64,000 bases of DNA from Octopus sinensis (Eukaryota): NCBI RefSeq assembly GCF_006345805.1, contig NC_043007.1, positions 23,126,001-23,190,000 on the forward strand, read 5' to 3'. Below, one piece after another: positions 25,516 to 38,549 of the stretch (positions are counted from its first letter, which is position 1; the number at the start of each line of letters is the position of its first letter). Below the pieces are notes generated by a model. It made no database searches. It saw nothing but the letters and a program-made list of their open reading frames with translations, and was not told the origin of the DNA. A program made the position numbers and the translations under genes.

Positions 25516-26072
25516 TCTTATACACCTTGGAAATTCAGATTAGCTCTGGCCGCATGAGTTTGTAAACATGTGTTTGTTCAGCATATATTAAATAAACCTT
25601 ACGACATTGAATATGCACTTTACAACTAGTAGAAAATTTCAATTTGATGCTGGTCTACGTGGGTCCAGTGTCACAGATTGTATAAGCTTATCTATTACTG
25701 GAGGTGAAGAAGTTACTAAATTGACTGTAATTTTCATGTGAGAAGAGAGAAGACTAGATTGTCAACTTAACGAGTACATAGGTCTTATTTGGACAGTATT
25801 GCCTCTCCGGAGTTTACATGGTATACACGGTAGCACAGTCACGTAGCAGGACATAAATGCGTTGTTCGACTCCCGTGGGGGTATCTGTTCTTTCTCTGTT
25901 TTTAGCTGCATTTGTGGACCAGGTACACCCCCCACACACACACATACACACACACACATTTACATACAATTTTTTTTGCTTGTTTAGAACTGCCATTATG
26001 TTTGGGTACCGTCTTGAAGGATTTAGCCAATCAAATTGAACTCAGTAGTTAAGTGTGATCGGACACCTTTTG

Positions 26073-26154
26073 CCCAAGCGATTCGTTATGGGGACCCAAG
26101 CGATTCGTTACGGCGACCCAAGCGATTCGTTATGGAGGCTCAATCGATTCGTTA
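26073..26154. repeat. 22-bp minisatellite, about 3.7 copies
   Basis: Unit cccaagcgattcgttaYggNgR. Confidence 0.9.
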
Positions 26155-26404
26155 ACATACTTTCTCATGTGGTGACAGATAAACACAAAGACACACAGAT
26201 ACATACATGCATATATACATACATAAACGTATCTATCTATCTTTCTCTCTACTTTCTCTTTCTCTCACTCTTTATATATATTATATATATATATATATAT
26301 GGTGTGTGTATGTGTGTGTGTGTGTGTGTGTGTGTATCTACTCTCTCTCTCTCTCTTATATATATATATATATATAAATGTGTGTGTGTGTGTGTGTGTG
26401 TATA

Positions 26405-26462
<58 letters not shown>

Positions 26463-26589
26463 GTATATATATCTATATTATATCTATCTATCTATCTATA
26501 TATTGCTCTTTGCTCTTTGCTCTTTACTTGTTTCAGTCATTTGACTGGTCATGTATATATATGTATGCAAATAATATGTATGCATATAT

Positions 26590-26635
<46 letters not shown>

Positions 26636-26898
26636 ATATGCATGCGTGTATATTTCGAATAAGCCACTTTTATTATATACGTCATGCAGAGACGTCAAAT
26701 AATTCGTTTTAGCAGTGGAGCTGAAGTAGATGAAGATATAAATTATAGGATAGTATATAATTTTACAGAGAAGCAGTTAAACCCACCTTTCGGTTTATGA
26801 GTAGCATATAGTAATACATTTCTACATTCATTTAATTTACTATATAAAGCGTTTTCTCCCCCCCCCCCTCTCTCAAACCGCTGGAAAAAGATTCTGCT

Positions 26899-27034
26899 TT
26901 CCACCATTTCATTTCGTTATGTACTTTTAGGTTACACTAATATGATGATGCACAGTACAACTCTGTATCTGTAGTTACGCTATACATACATACATACATA
27001 CATACATACATACATACATACATACATACATACA

Positions 27035-27068
<34 letters not shown>

Positions 27069-27316
27069 CATACATACATACATACACACATACATATCAT
27101 ATGCATGTATATGCATATGTATTTGTACCTTTATATATATATATATATATATAGTATATATTATATATATATATATATAATATATATATATTCATAGACA
27201 CACACACACAGACATATATATATACGTATGTACGTACATATATATAGAGAGAGATTGTACTGTGCATAATCATATTAGTGTAACCTAAAAGTACATAACG
27301 AAAGAAATGATGGAAA
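26899..27316. repeat. Inverted repeat of about 65 bp around a (TACA)/(TA) spacer
   Basis: ttcgttatgtacttttaggttacactaatatgat..gcacagtacaa versus ttgtactgtgc..atcatattagtgtaacctaaaagtacataacgaa. Confidence 0.9.
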
Positions 27317-27334
27317 TACACAATAGGTAATATT

Positions 27335-27424
27335 ATACATGCAAATGAGAGAGAGCAAAAGTTGGAAACTTTCAGATAAGCATTTTAAAAAATATAATAT
27401 CAGATATACACACGCCCATATATA

Positions 27425-27476
<52 letters not shown>

Positions 27477-27503
27477 TATATAAGAAATGATTAGACATTC
27501 TCT

Positions 27504-27537
<34 letters not shown>

Positions 27538-27680
27538 CACAAGAGAATGTCTAATCATTTCTTATATATATATATATAATATATATATATATGGGCGTGT
27601 TTATATCTGTATATTTATATTTAAAACAACTTATCATCTAAAAGTTTCCAACTTTTGCTCTCTCTCAGTTTGCATGTATA
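27335..27680. repeat. Nested fold-back palindrome centred on (TA)n near 27525
   Basis: Outer arms tatacatgcaaa.tgagagagagcaaaagttggaaacttt / aaagtttccaacttttgctctctctca..ttgcatgtata; inner arms aagaaatgattagacattctcttgtg / cacaagagaatgtctaatcatttctt. Confidence 0.9.
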
Positions 27681-27895
27681 CATATATACGTATTGGGCAT
27701 TTCATACCCAAACTAATATATTTAATATATTTGATGCGTCTAATTTATTTATCCGCATAATTTCCTCTTTGTCTGCTCATCACGATCCCTCTTATAGCCT
27801 TTCTTTATCTTGTAAATACAAAGGAATATAAGTTTCAATATTTTGAGAACTACTGTTTTTCTATACGGAGAATGTCTGCCTCTCATATGTAAACT

Positions 27896-27928
<33 letters not shown>

Positions 27929-28895
27929 CGTGTGTGTGTGTTTGTAAATATGTATGCATCTCAATGCATAATTAAAGATCTAGATTTGCTCAACCATTTT
28001 CATTTTCTTATAAGCATAAGTATATTTAATTCTAACAAACGGTTTTTGGTATTGCTATGCCGAAGCGAAATCATGATATATATGTATACATGCATGTGTG
28101 TGTATGTGTGCATGCATACATGTAAATGTATTCAAATGCACCCTACACATACATTACTCTCACACAATGCATATCCTTCAAATACATGTATGTCTCTCAC
28201 TCTGTGGTCACCGTGTCCACTTTAAAGTTCACTCACTTTTCTTGAATGGTCACCACCGGTGTCTTAATTGTTCCCACTCTCCCACCAATGTCTTGTCTGT
28301 CAGTGAAGGGTACTGACCTATAAACAGCTACTACATACAGGAGAATGTCTAATCACTTCTTGAAAATTGTCGAGTGGACACAATGAGCTTTCAAGAATGG
28401 AGAATTCATTTTTAACTTCGTTCTGTTGCACATTCTCCTTCCATAGTAGCTTGCCACTTGGTAGAGTGTTAGTGAGAGGTAACAATTACGTCATGCTCAC
28501 ATATGTACTTACGTTATACGCCGTGGTATGTATAAGGTTGATTAAGTGGGAAAAAGCGTAAAGAGAAATACGTATATGACCTAGGTTCTGACCGAGTCTC
28601 TTGACCTAACAGTTTCATATATTTCGTTAACGCATTCGGAAGGGCATGAACGTCACAAATCTCTAGTCATGTGAAGTCAATGGGACTGAAAATTCTGCAC
28701 TGAATAAAACACCTGTAAGTAAGGCTATTGTATATATTCCATTTCAGAATTGCATTTGGGTGAATGAATATTTATGATTTGCTTCCCGATATTAACATAT
28801 ATACATAGATACATGCAGGCATACAAACATACATACATGTGTGTGTGTGTGTGTGCAAATATATATATGCATTTATATATATATATATATAATAT

Positions 28896-28945
<50 letters not shown>

Positions 28946-28948
<3 letters not shown>

Positions 28949-29103
28949 CCGTGTTTCTTTTCTGTGTATCTTTCTGTTGAAGAGCGTAGGCTCGAAACGT
29001 AAAAGACTTGTTTTATTTATATTCCTGAGCGCCATACTAATACATTGTTTGTTTATATTCCACCCGCCTTCGTCTTTTGTTTATTTTCATAAAGCTTCCC
29101 GTT
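28946..29103 (+). mobile_element. HHR-bearing module, family H1, embedded in (TA)n
   Basis: Homologous to 204-390; (TA)n on both sides. Confidence 0.7.
28970..29005 (+). ncRNA. Minimal hammerhead ribozyme-like motif, non-canonical core (A6 to U)
   Basis: CTTT-CTGTTGA-A-GAGC-GTAG-GCTC-GAA-ACGT-A-AAAG. Confidence 0.65.
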
Positions 29104-29107
29104 AATA

Positions 29108-29145
<38 letters not shown>

Positions 29146-29290
29146 ATAATTGTGTGTGTGTGTGTGTGTATGTATATATATATGATATGTATATATTATA
29201 ATTCTTTACTCCTTTACTTATTTCAGTCATTCGACTGCGGCCATGCTGGAGCAACGCATTATGTATGTATATATATATATATAATATATA

Positions 29291-29367
<77 letters not shown>

Positions 29368-29384
29368 TCTGTGTGTGTGCTCAT

Positions 29385-30170
29385 ATCTGTTTGCCATTGT
29401 CCTGGACTATGTAGTGCGCCAAGCAATCGGCAACAGAGAAGAAAGCTTAGGATTCACCATCTACAGACACAGACCACGCCGAGTATCACCTATCATCATA
29501 ATTGACTTCGACTTCGCTGATGATATAGCACTCATTTCTAATGTTTCTCAAGCTTAGAGACCTCATCAAGTAAAATCGGTCTTCTCACAAATGCGAAGAA
29601 AAATGGCGTACATTTCCTTCAACCAAAACAAAGACCTTGATCAGTGAGCAATGAACGGATCAAAGATGAATTCGTTTTTGGGATTTCAGGTATCTTGGTA
29701 GCTGTGTAAGCAGCTCTGATGCTGATATCAAAGTCAGAAATGGACAATCTTGGGCAGCGAGTCGCAAACTCAAGAGATTTTAGAAGTCGCAACTGTTGAG
29801 GGGAACAATAACCACACTGTTTCTTGCCACTGTTGAGTCAGTGCTCTTGTTTGGCAGCAAAACATGGACACTTATTAAACAAGCAGATAAGAGTATAGAT
29901 GGCGGCAACACAAGGATGCTCGGAATGGCAGCAACACATGACCAATGAGGATCTCTACGGAAACCTTTCAAAAGTGACCGACAATATCAGAGAGCAACGT
30001 CTCCGCATATCACGCATGTGACATCTTGAAGAAGAAGAATCAAAACTTGTGTTCTCAAACCAACAGCATGGTATCGGCAAGCGTAGGACAAGTCGTCTGA
30101 CGATTGTCGACACCCTGAAGTGGGATAAACGATTGGATTCTATCCACGAACTGAAAGTAGCGATGATGGT
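29385..30170 (+). pseudogene. RTE-type LINE, 5'-truncated decayed RT and C-terminus
   Basis: LFAIVLDYVVRQAI...DFDFADDIALIS, FRYLGS, ATVESVLLFGSKTWTL, LYGNLSKVTDNIREQRLR; stops and frameshifts present. Confidence 0.9.
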
Positions 30171-31699
30171 TCTACGTACTTAGTGAAATTGCTTTGTCTT
30201 TGAGGAACAGGTGGAAGCTCAGTCATAGTAAAGATGTGTCAAAGTATTTCTTTGTCTTATTATTTGGATTATATATATATATATATAGGTGGTGTCAGCA
30301 GATCCTGTAGAAAGCCGTATGGAAATGTGTAGCCGCAACAGGTCACTTCAGGTTCAGATTTAACAGCTACAAGTCCATTAATATCCAGAAGCGAAATGTC
30401 GCAACCATATCTAGGTACATATGGCCGTTGAAAGCGCCGCGGATTACAACAGCAAGTAGAGAGTACTGGAGGAGAGCGAACCTTACTTTAATTGCAGTAG
30501 AAGGTGCAGGCTCAGCTTGGCGGAAAAAAGAATTACGCTAAAGATCTCTCCCCGTCCGGATACGTAGCTAAACTATAAAAACAAAACTTTCCCCAATGAG
30601 CGCAGATGTGCACCTGGATATCGTCCCATAGATATAAACGTTAGAGCTTCCACCATCAGTACTTTCAATCAGCAAAATCTGAAGGTTTGTTATCAAGTTT
30701 GGCACACCTAACCTATTCTTTGGGTAAAAGAAAATATAGGAGGATCAGTTAATTATGATTTTATTCAACATATTTCTCTCTCAGATTATCACATATATTG
30801 CAGTAGTCCCTCAGTTTTTCTAAACCCTGTAAAAGAACTCGAAAGATTGAGCCGCCAACCAGGCTTTTAGCGATATCCTTAAAGCAAGAAACTTTTCCGC
30901 ACCTCTTAGTACATATAAAGAATAAGTAATTTACTTGGTACCAAGAAAACTCTACATTCAGTTTGCAAGTGTCGTAAAAAAAAAATGAGAACGAAAAACG
31001 AGTTACTCATGTACAACTGAGTAAAGTGGAGTAACACGAAAGAAGTGTTTTGCTTCAGGACACGACATATTGCCCATTCCAGAAATCGAAGCCACGACCT
31101 GGCGACCGTGAGTGTAGCAGACTAACCACTAGACCACACACCTTCATCCATGTGACTATATTAGGACAATTTTTCTGCCCAGCTATGACATTATTCTCCA
31201 TTAACTGCTTTTAGATCTTCCTAAAAGAAATATGGCTCACTTTTATAATAGCTCAGCATTAACTCAAAATATATTTGGTTTGTTTTCATATCTATGATCT
31301 CAGAGAACTTAAAACACAGAAACCGTCAAAGGAGGCACGTTATATGTGCACCTGTGTGTGTGTGTGTGTATGTGTAACTGTGTTTGTATATGTATTATGT
31401 ACGTTTATGTGGAGTAATGTATACGTGTAGATTTATGTGCAGCGATTTTGTATGTTTGTGTGAGGACTTATGCATATGGGTGTGAATAAATGTGTAGGTG
31501 TAATGTGTGTGTGTGTGTATATATGAGTGTCTGTGTGTGTGTATGTTTGTAGGTGCGTGTGAGTATATGTATGATTAGTTAAGTGTGATGTGTATGTATA
31601 ACATCTGCACGTTTTTGTACGTGTGATCATAAATATGTGTTTAAAGATGTGCACGTGACTGTGTTTCCGTAGCTTTAATGTGTATTTTGCACGTGCTCT

Positions 31700-32404
31700 T
31701 GTACTCTTACGTGCGTATGAATGTACTTTTGCGTTCTATAGACAGTTATGTTTTGCACATGTGTATGTGAGTTAAAGTGCATGTATGTGCTTATCTCTGC
31801 ATGTGTATGTGCATATATAGTGTGTCGGTGTGCACACGTATATATGTCTGTATGCATGCATGTATGTATGCATGTATGTATGTATGTATGTATGTGTGTA
31901 TACATGCATGTATGTATGTATGTATGTATGTATGTATGTATGTATGTATGTATGTATGTATGTATGTATGCATGTATGTATGTATGTATGCATGTATGTA
32001 AGTGTGTATGTATGTTTGTATGTATGTAATCATGTATGCATGTATTTATGTATGTACTTATATGTATGGATACTTGTATGTACGTATGCATGTATGTATT
32101 TATGTATGCATGTATACATGCATGTATATACGTATGCATGGGTGTATGTATGTATGCATATATGTACGTACGTACGTATTTATGTACGTATGTTTATATG
32201 TATGTACGTACGTATGTACGTATGTTTGTATGTATGTATGTATGTGTGTATGTATGTATGTATGTATGTGTGTATATATGTATGTATGTATGAATGAATG
32301 TATGTATGTATATATGTATGTATGAATGAATGTATGTATGTATGTATATTTGTATGTATGTATGTATGTATGTATGTATGTATGTATGTATGAATGTATG
32401 TATG

Positions 32405-32438
<34 letters not shown>

Positions 32439-32490
32439 TGTATGTATGTATGTATGTATGTATGTATGTATGCATGTATGTGTGTGTGAG
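31700..32490. repeat. Long degenerate (TATG)n array
   Basis: Direct reading. Confidence 0.95.
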
Positions 32491-33757
32491 CGTATCTGTA
32501 TATTTCTGGGGATGTAGTATGTGTTTTGTGTGTAGTTTATCGGACAATGGAGTCTCTGATTCCCTTCAAATCATGTGGGAATAAATAAATAAATATTCGC
32601 TTTGACTGACAACATCCGTGGCAAGGAAGGAAAGAGAATAAATAACAACACAAGCACTTCCAAATCGAAATGATTTATGGAAATCAATAGATATACTCTC
32701 TCGCGATATAAATGTATGATTGTGTCCGATTCCGTATACGTATGAATTATATGCATGCATGTATGCTGTCACGCCCCCCACCCACACACAAACACGCACA
32801 AGCACGCACACACACATGCACGCGCACGTACATATACACGCACGCACTCTTACTCGTACATATATATAATATGAATATATGCTCAGACAATATACACACG
32901 TATGTGTGAATGTTTGTACGCACACACGCGCACACACACATATGAATATATATATACACACATTTACACACACTATATATATGTATACAAACACATACAT
33001 ATATACATACATATATATATGTATACATAATAGATATATATATATATATAATATATATATATATATATACATGCACATACGAATATATACATACACGTGC
33101 ACATATTATAGACACGCAGACACTGACGCGCGCGCACACACACAACGCGCGCATGCGCGCTAATATCTTGGTCAGTGGTGCCTAAGTCGATAAAATGACG
33201 TTTTTAGTGTATATTTTTATTGTAACTTCACGTCATAATCGCCTGGAAGTGACAGTTTTATATGTATTTTCGTATATATTTTCTCTTATTTTCTCCCCGC
33301 AAACCATCACGTACGCGTACTCAGAGGTACTCTTTCTCTCTCTCACACACACACATACACACACGCAAATATCTATTTTTATTTATTTATACTATGTATA
33401 TATAAATATGAGAGAGGGGATCAAGAGAGTAGAGAGAGTAATCAAAATATATAAGCTGTCATATTCAGCCGATTATGACGAGAAGTTAGATTGGAAAATA
33501 TATTCTCAGATGTTATGTACTGACTTATGCTACTGACCAAGAAAGAAGTGGAAGAAATCGTCCGTGTGTTTAATATAATTTCAAAGAAAATGATCTTTAC
33601 TGTGTAGGTTGTCATTTATTTTGGATATAAACCTCAGCTCAAGAATGGACACCTGATCTTAGTGCGTTATTTCAATACTTTAGTGGTCTTAACATACCAT
33701 TCGCATGAACGAATGCACGTGCCTTCGTGTCTATTTGTCGTGTGCACACATGAGGAT

Positions 33758-33819
<62 letters not shown>

Positions 33820-33830
33820 TATTTATATAC

Positions 33831-33873
<43 letters not shown>

Positions 33874-34300
33874 TGTATATATGTATGTATATATGTATGA
33901 GTATATACATCTACATATATGTTTGTATGCGTATGTGCATGTACGCATACATGTTTGTATGAGTGTTACGTATGTAGGCGTTATGAACGTAGGAGGTTTA
34001 TGTCTGTATATTGTGAGAATATGGTTGCTTGTATTTTTTATCCTTTTCTTTTTTTCTTTTTATGCCTATTAGAGCAACTTCCCTTTTATTCAACGGGTTT
34101 TCATAGCGTCTGTTGCCATTAATAGCCGACGAGAATGCATCGTAGTTCTTCGTTCCTACATTCGAAACTCCTAGTACTATAATAACAACTTACTGTTTGT
34201 TCTAAATTATAACAAATAATTATACTCTATTTCTCTAATATCGAGGTCTCATTCTTTTGTTGTCACTTATTTTTATTATTATAATAATATGTATGTATAC

Positions 34301-34563
34301 CTTGTGAAAGGTAGGAGAGTCCAGTTTGCTGGACATTGTTGTAGAGCTGAAAAAGAAGTAATTTCTACTCTTCTCCTCTGGAAGCCATCTACTCGCAATA
34401 CCAGAGGGCACACACTCTCCTACCCTGATGTAATCTCCAGGGATACAGGCATCCAGCAACAGGACCTCCGTAATGCCATGATGGACCGTAAAGTCTGGCG
34501 TAGCATGGTAAATTCCATTGTCTCGACTACGGTCGAACAATGATGATGATGATGATGATGATG
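34301..34563 (+). pseudogene. RTE-type LINE extreme 3' end with (TGA)n tail
   Basis: LVKGRRVQFAGHCCRAEKEVISTLLLWKP...LSYPDVISRDTG...NAMMDRKVWR, stop codon followed directly by (TGA)n. Confidence 0.88.
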
Positions 34564-34597
<34 letters not shown>

Positions 34598-34629
34598 ACA
34601 CACACACACACATTATATATATATGTATA

Positions 34630-34759
34630 TTATACAAGAATGTTGTTGACAGTGACTTCGAAGTTTCGGCCAGATACGTCATCGTCGTATTGCGATGCAT
34701 TAGAGTTTAGTTTGCCTTTATATAGTCTCCGTTGAGTTTAAATCAACATTCTTGTATAA
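34630..34759. mobile_element. 130-bp module with 16-bp inverted ends and a decayed HHR
   Basis: ttatacaagaatgttg / caacattcttgtataa; minus strand has CGATGA...GAA-ACTTCGAAGT-C. Confidence 0.6.
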
Positions 34760-35049
34760 GAACGATAAATTTGTACTCTACAAAGGTTTAATGTAAAATT
34801 AGATTAATGTAACCATTACTTTGAAATTTAATAAATAAGTCAACCGTTGTTCCTGGAGAGATGGTCTTTCTATTATGAACCTGTTACTTCAAGTCATCGG
34901 CAAAGTACAACATCAGAAATTGGGACTCTTGATTAGGGAGGGGCAGAAGTGAACTAAAGAGTTGGGACGAATTCCTTTCCTATGATGAGGATGGCTGCAA
35001 AAGAAGTAATTTGGAAAGCAGGATTATATTTTCTGAGTTTCTTTAAAAA

Positions 35050-35620
35050 AATGCTTTGATTCTTCAATAAAGGCTGTTTTAGGAGCTGTGGTGGACCACT
35101 AAGAACTAGTAAATAAACTTTTCCATCCGAACATTACATTGCATTTGTTTCTTGTTTCTATTTCTTGGCCAATCAATTGTCATAAATTTTAGGCATGGTA
35201 CCAAAAGAAACTATTTTCTCAGGAGCATAGCCCTCTCCAGTATCAAAGTTAAAAGCACCACTTTCCCACAGTTGCTTGATTCTAGCCTGTGCTCGTCTTG
35301 CTCCTTGAGCTTTCTACCGGGCCCGGCGCTGTCATAGGGTTTCATGGTGTCTAACAATGCTGCAACTCTTAGCAGCATTCTGTTGAAGGCGAACCTGTCG
35401 TTCATCAGATGCCTCCATTTGGTCAACCTGTCTGGGGTAGCATTCTGTTTACAGTACGTATCACATTCGGTGTCAGTTTCAAGTTTACTGCGAGTTGCAT
35501 TCCTAACAGCATTAGCTTGAATCTTTGTTGATGCTGTTAATTTGTTTCCACTTGCTCTCTAAACCAACTTGCAAAAGAAGTTGTGGGTGGGGCACTTTTC
35601 TTCCGTGGTGTTATTGATGG
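35050..35620 (-). mobile_element. Decayed LINE (probably RTE) coding fragment
   Basis: Higher-GC coding-like segment with ARRAQARIKQLW-like residues across frames; no intact motif. Confidence 0.3.
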
Positions 35621-36145
35621 AAATCGATTTTTAAAAAATCTATTTTAAGCAAGCGACCTTTCCTGTTATACTAGAGATGAAAAAAAAATGTTTTATTTGA
35701 AAGGAAAGAACACTCAAGAAGCTACACGAATGTTGATAGTCTAGAATGAAATTATAACTGTGTAATGTTGGCCTGTGGCTGTGGGATGAAGAAAGTAAAA
35801 ATGGAATTTCAAGGAATAAATGCGATAGAGGAATCTATTGACAGAACATATGGAAATGTAAACAAAGACTGTGTTTAAATAAAATAACGTTTGATGTCAA
35901 ATATCTGAAAACGCTGGCAGGTTTTTAGGCGGAGCAGTGCGTTTTGACAGAGAGAGAGGAGAGAGAGAGAGAAACAGAGGGAGGGAGGGAGAGAGAGAGA
36001 GAAAGAGAGGGGGAAGACAAATGTATAGCAATAAAGCGTGAATATTCGTAAGAATTAGCTGTCAGTGAAGAAAGCGAAATTGTAAGAGAAAAAGAGGGGA
36101 GATATAAAAGAAAAACAGACATCGTATGAGAGCGAGCTAGAGAGC

Positions 36146-36178
<33 letters not shown>

Positions 36179-36424
36179 ATGAAGTGGGAGAGGGAGTACA
36201 TGATAAATGAAAGAGAACGAGGAATGGGTAGAGAATAAAAGCATAGAAAGTTTGAAGGAAGGCAGAAGTGGATGAACAGAAATTGTTGCATAAAATTGAG
36301 AAGGGATGAGAATCCAAGAATCGGGTGACAACGTTTGGAGAGGTAAATAAAGATAGTGTTTTGGTGACAGATAGAGTCATCAAACGTCCGAAAACGCTGG
36401 CAAATTTTTATGCAGATCAGTAAA

Positions 36425-36661
36425 CGTGTGTGTGTGTGAGAGAGACAGAGAGACAGACAGACAGACAGACAGAAGACAGACAGACAGACAGACATAAGAC
36501 AGACAGACAGACAGACAGAAGGCAGACAGATAGACAGACAGAAGACAGACAAACAGACAGAAGACAGACAGACAGACAGAGAGACAGACAGAAGACAGAC
36601 AGACAGACAGACAGAAGGCAGACAGACAGACAGACAGAAGACAGACAGACAGACAGACAGA
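36425..36661. repeat. (GACA)n microsatellite
   Basis: Direct reading. Confidence 0.95.
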
Positions 36662-36766
36662 AAGAGAGCGTTCTTAAAAATGGGGTGACCCTGATGAAAA
36701 TAAAGAATGTGAAAAAGGGTAGGAGATGAAGAAAGAAACAGATATCGATAGCGAAAGAGAGCATAT

Positions 36767-36885
36767 GCTCACGGCCATATCACGTTGAAAGCACCGGTTC
36801 TCGTCCGATCACCGAAGTTAAGCAACATCGAGCCTAGTTAGTACTTAGATGGGTGACCGCTTGGGAAACCTAGGTGCTGTAAGCA
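36767..36885 (+). rRNA. Solitary 5S rRNA gene or pseudogene
   Basis: 119-nt GCTCACGGCCATATCACGTTGAAAGCACCGGTTCTCGTCCGATCACCGAAGTTAAGC...GGTGCTGTAAGC; A box AGTTAAGC, C-box region AGATGGGTGACC; TTTT at 36896-36899. Confidence 0.93.
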
Positions 36886-36895
36886 TCCCATTAAC

Positions 36896-36899
36896 TTTT
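36896..36899 (+). terminator. Minimal Pol III terminator (T4) after the 5S copy
   Basis: TTTT 10 nt downstream of the 5S end, immediately before the SINE A. Confidence 0.55.
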
Positions 36900-37062
36900 A
36901 GGCGCAGGAGTGGCTGTGTGGTAAGTAGCTTGTTTACCAACCACATAGTTCCGGGTTCAGTCCCACTGCGTGGTACCTTGGGCAAGTGTCTTCTACTATA
37001 GCCTCGGGCCGACCAAAGCCTTGTGAGTGGATTTGGTAGACGGAACCTGAAAGAAGCCCGTC

Positions 37063-37097
<35 letters not shown>

Positions 37098-37320
37098 TGT
37101 GTGTGTTTGTGTGTCTGTGTTTGTCCCCGTAGCATTGCTTGACAACCGATGCTGGTGTGTTTATGTCCCCGTTACTTAGCGGTTCGGCAAAAGAGTCCGA
37201 TAGAATAAGTACTGGGCTTAAAAAAAGAATAAGTCCCGGGGGTCGATTTGCTCGATTGAGGGCGGTGCTCCAGCATGGCCGCAGTCAAATGACTGAAACA
37301 AGTAAAAGAGAGAATAAGAG
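36900..37320 (+). mobile_element. SINE family A, full length, abutting the 5S copy
   Basis: Aligns to 2756-3223. Confidence 0.92.
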
Positions 37321-37629
37321 AATATGATAAATGAATGGGAATGAGGAATAAGAAGAGACGTGAAAAATGAGGCCGTAGGAGGAAAACGGACGGTTGTTGC
37401 ATAAAAGAGGAAGGATGGGAGGAGAATCGGACGTACACGCGTAGGCTTTAATATATTTAAGAGCATACCTTTTGATGCTCGTCAGATGAAGTGCCACTCT
37501 AATGTAATCAACCGCAAATATTGTGCAACTGTTCACATGAAATAATTTACGTGCCATGACGTCGAAAGCGGTGCGGTACGTGAACAAATCATAACTGATA
37601 ATGAAGATGTGCTAAAATCATTCTTCGTC

Positions 37630-37693
<64 letters not shown>

Positions 37694-37694
37694 A

Positions 37695-37725
<31 letters not shown>

Positions 37726-37787
37726 TTGTCTATCTATCTATCTATCTGTCTGTCTGTCTGTCTAATTGTCTGTCTGTCTCTCTCTCA

Positions 37788-37828
<41 letters not shown>

Positions 37829-37920
37829 ATCCAAATATATCCAGCTCTCTCTTTCTCATTCTGTCTAGCGCAGCGCTCTCTCTCTTTCTTAGATAGATAG
37901 ATAGTTTGATGCACACATTC

Positions 37921-37955
<35 letters not shown>

Positions 37956-37965
37956 GTGTGTGTGT

Positions 37966-38003
<38 letters not shown>

Positions 38004-38009
38004 CGGAGT

Positions 38010-38445
38010 GAAGGTACCTAGTCTTGTGGTTAAGGTGGTGCTTTGTCAGTCGCAAGATCGTGGTTTTGGGTTTAGTCTCACTGCGTGGTACCTTGGGCAA
38101 GTGTTTTCTACTATAGCCTCGAGCCGACCAAAACCACATGAGTGGATTTGGTAGACGAAGGCTGATAAAAACCCCTCCAATGTATATATATAAATGGATG
38201 TGTGTGTGTCTCTATCTATGCGTGTAAGTCGTGTTTGTGTTTGTCCCACCATCACCACTTGACAATCGATGTTGGTGTGTTTATGTCCCCGTAATTTATC
38301 GCTTCGGCAAAAATATCTGATAAAATAAGTGCGAGGCTTTTAAAAAAAGTCCTAGGGTCGATCATTCGATTAAAACCTCTCAAAGCGGTGCTCCAGTATG
38401 GATGTAGTCAAATGACTGAAACCAAAAGAAGTGTAAAAGAGTAAA
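38010..38445 (+). mobile_element. SINE family A, older variant
   Basis: Diverged head, ctgcgtggtaccttgggcaagtg body, gactgaaacc tail. Confidence 0.8.
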
Positions 38446-38473
38446 CCTGTTTGTGTCACAAACACACACACAC

Positions 38474-38549
<76 letters not shown>

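Noticed and set aside
26073-26154. CRISPR-like repeat-spacer appearance
   Set aside because: The variable part is only 6 nt and similar between units, there are no cas genes, and the context is eukaryotic
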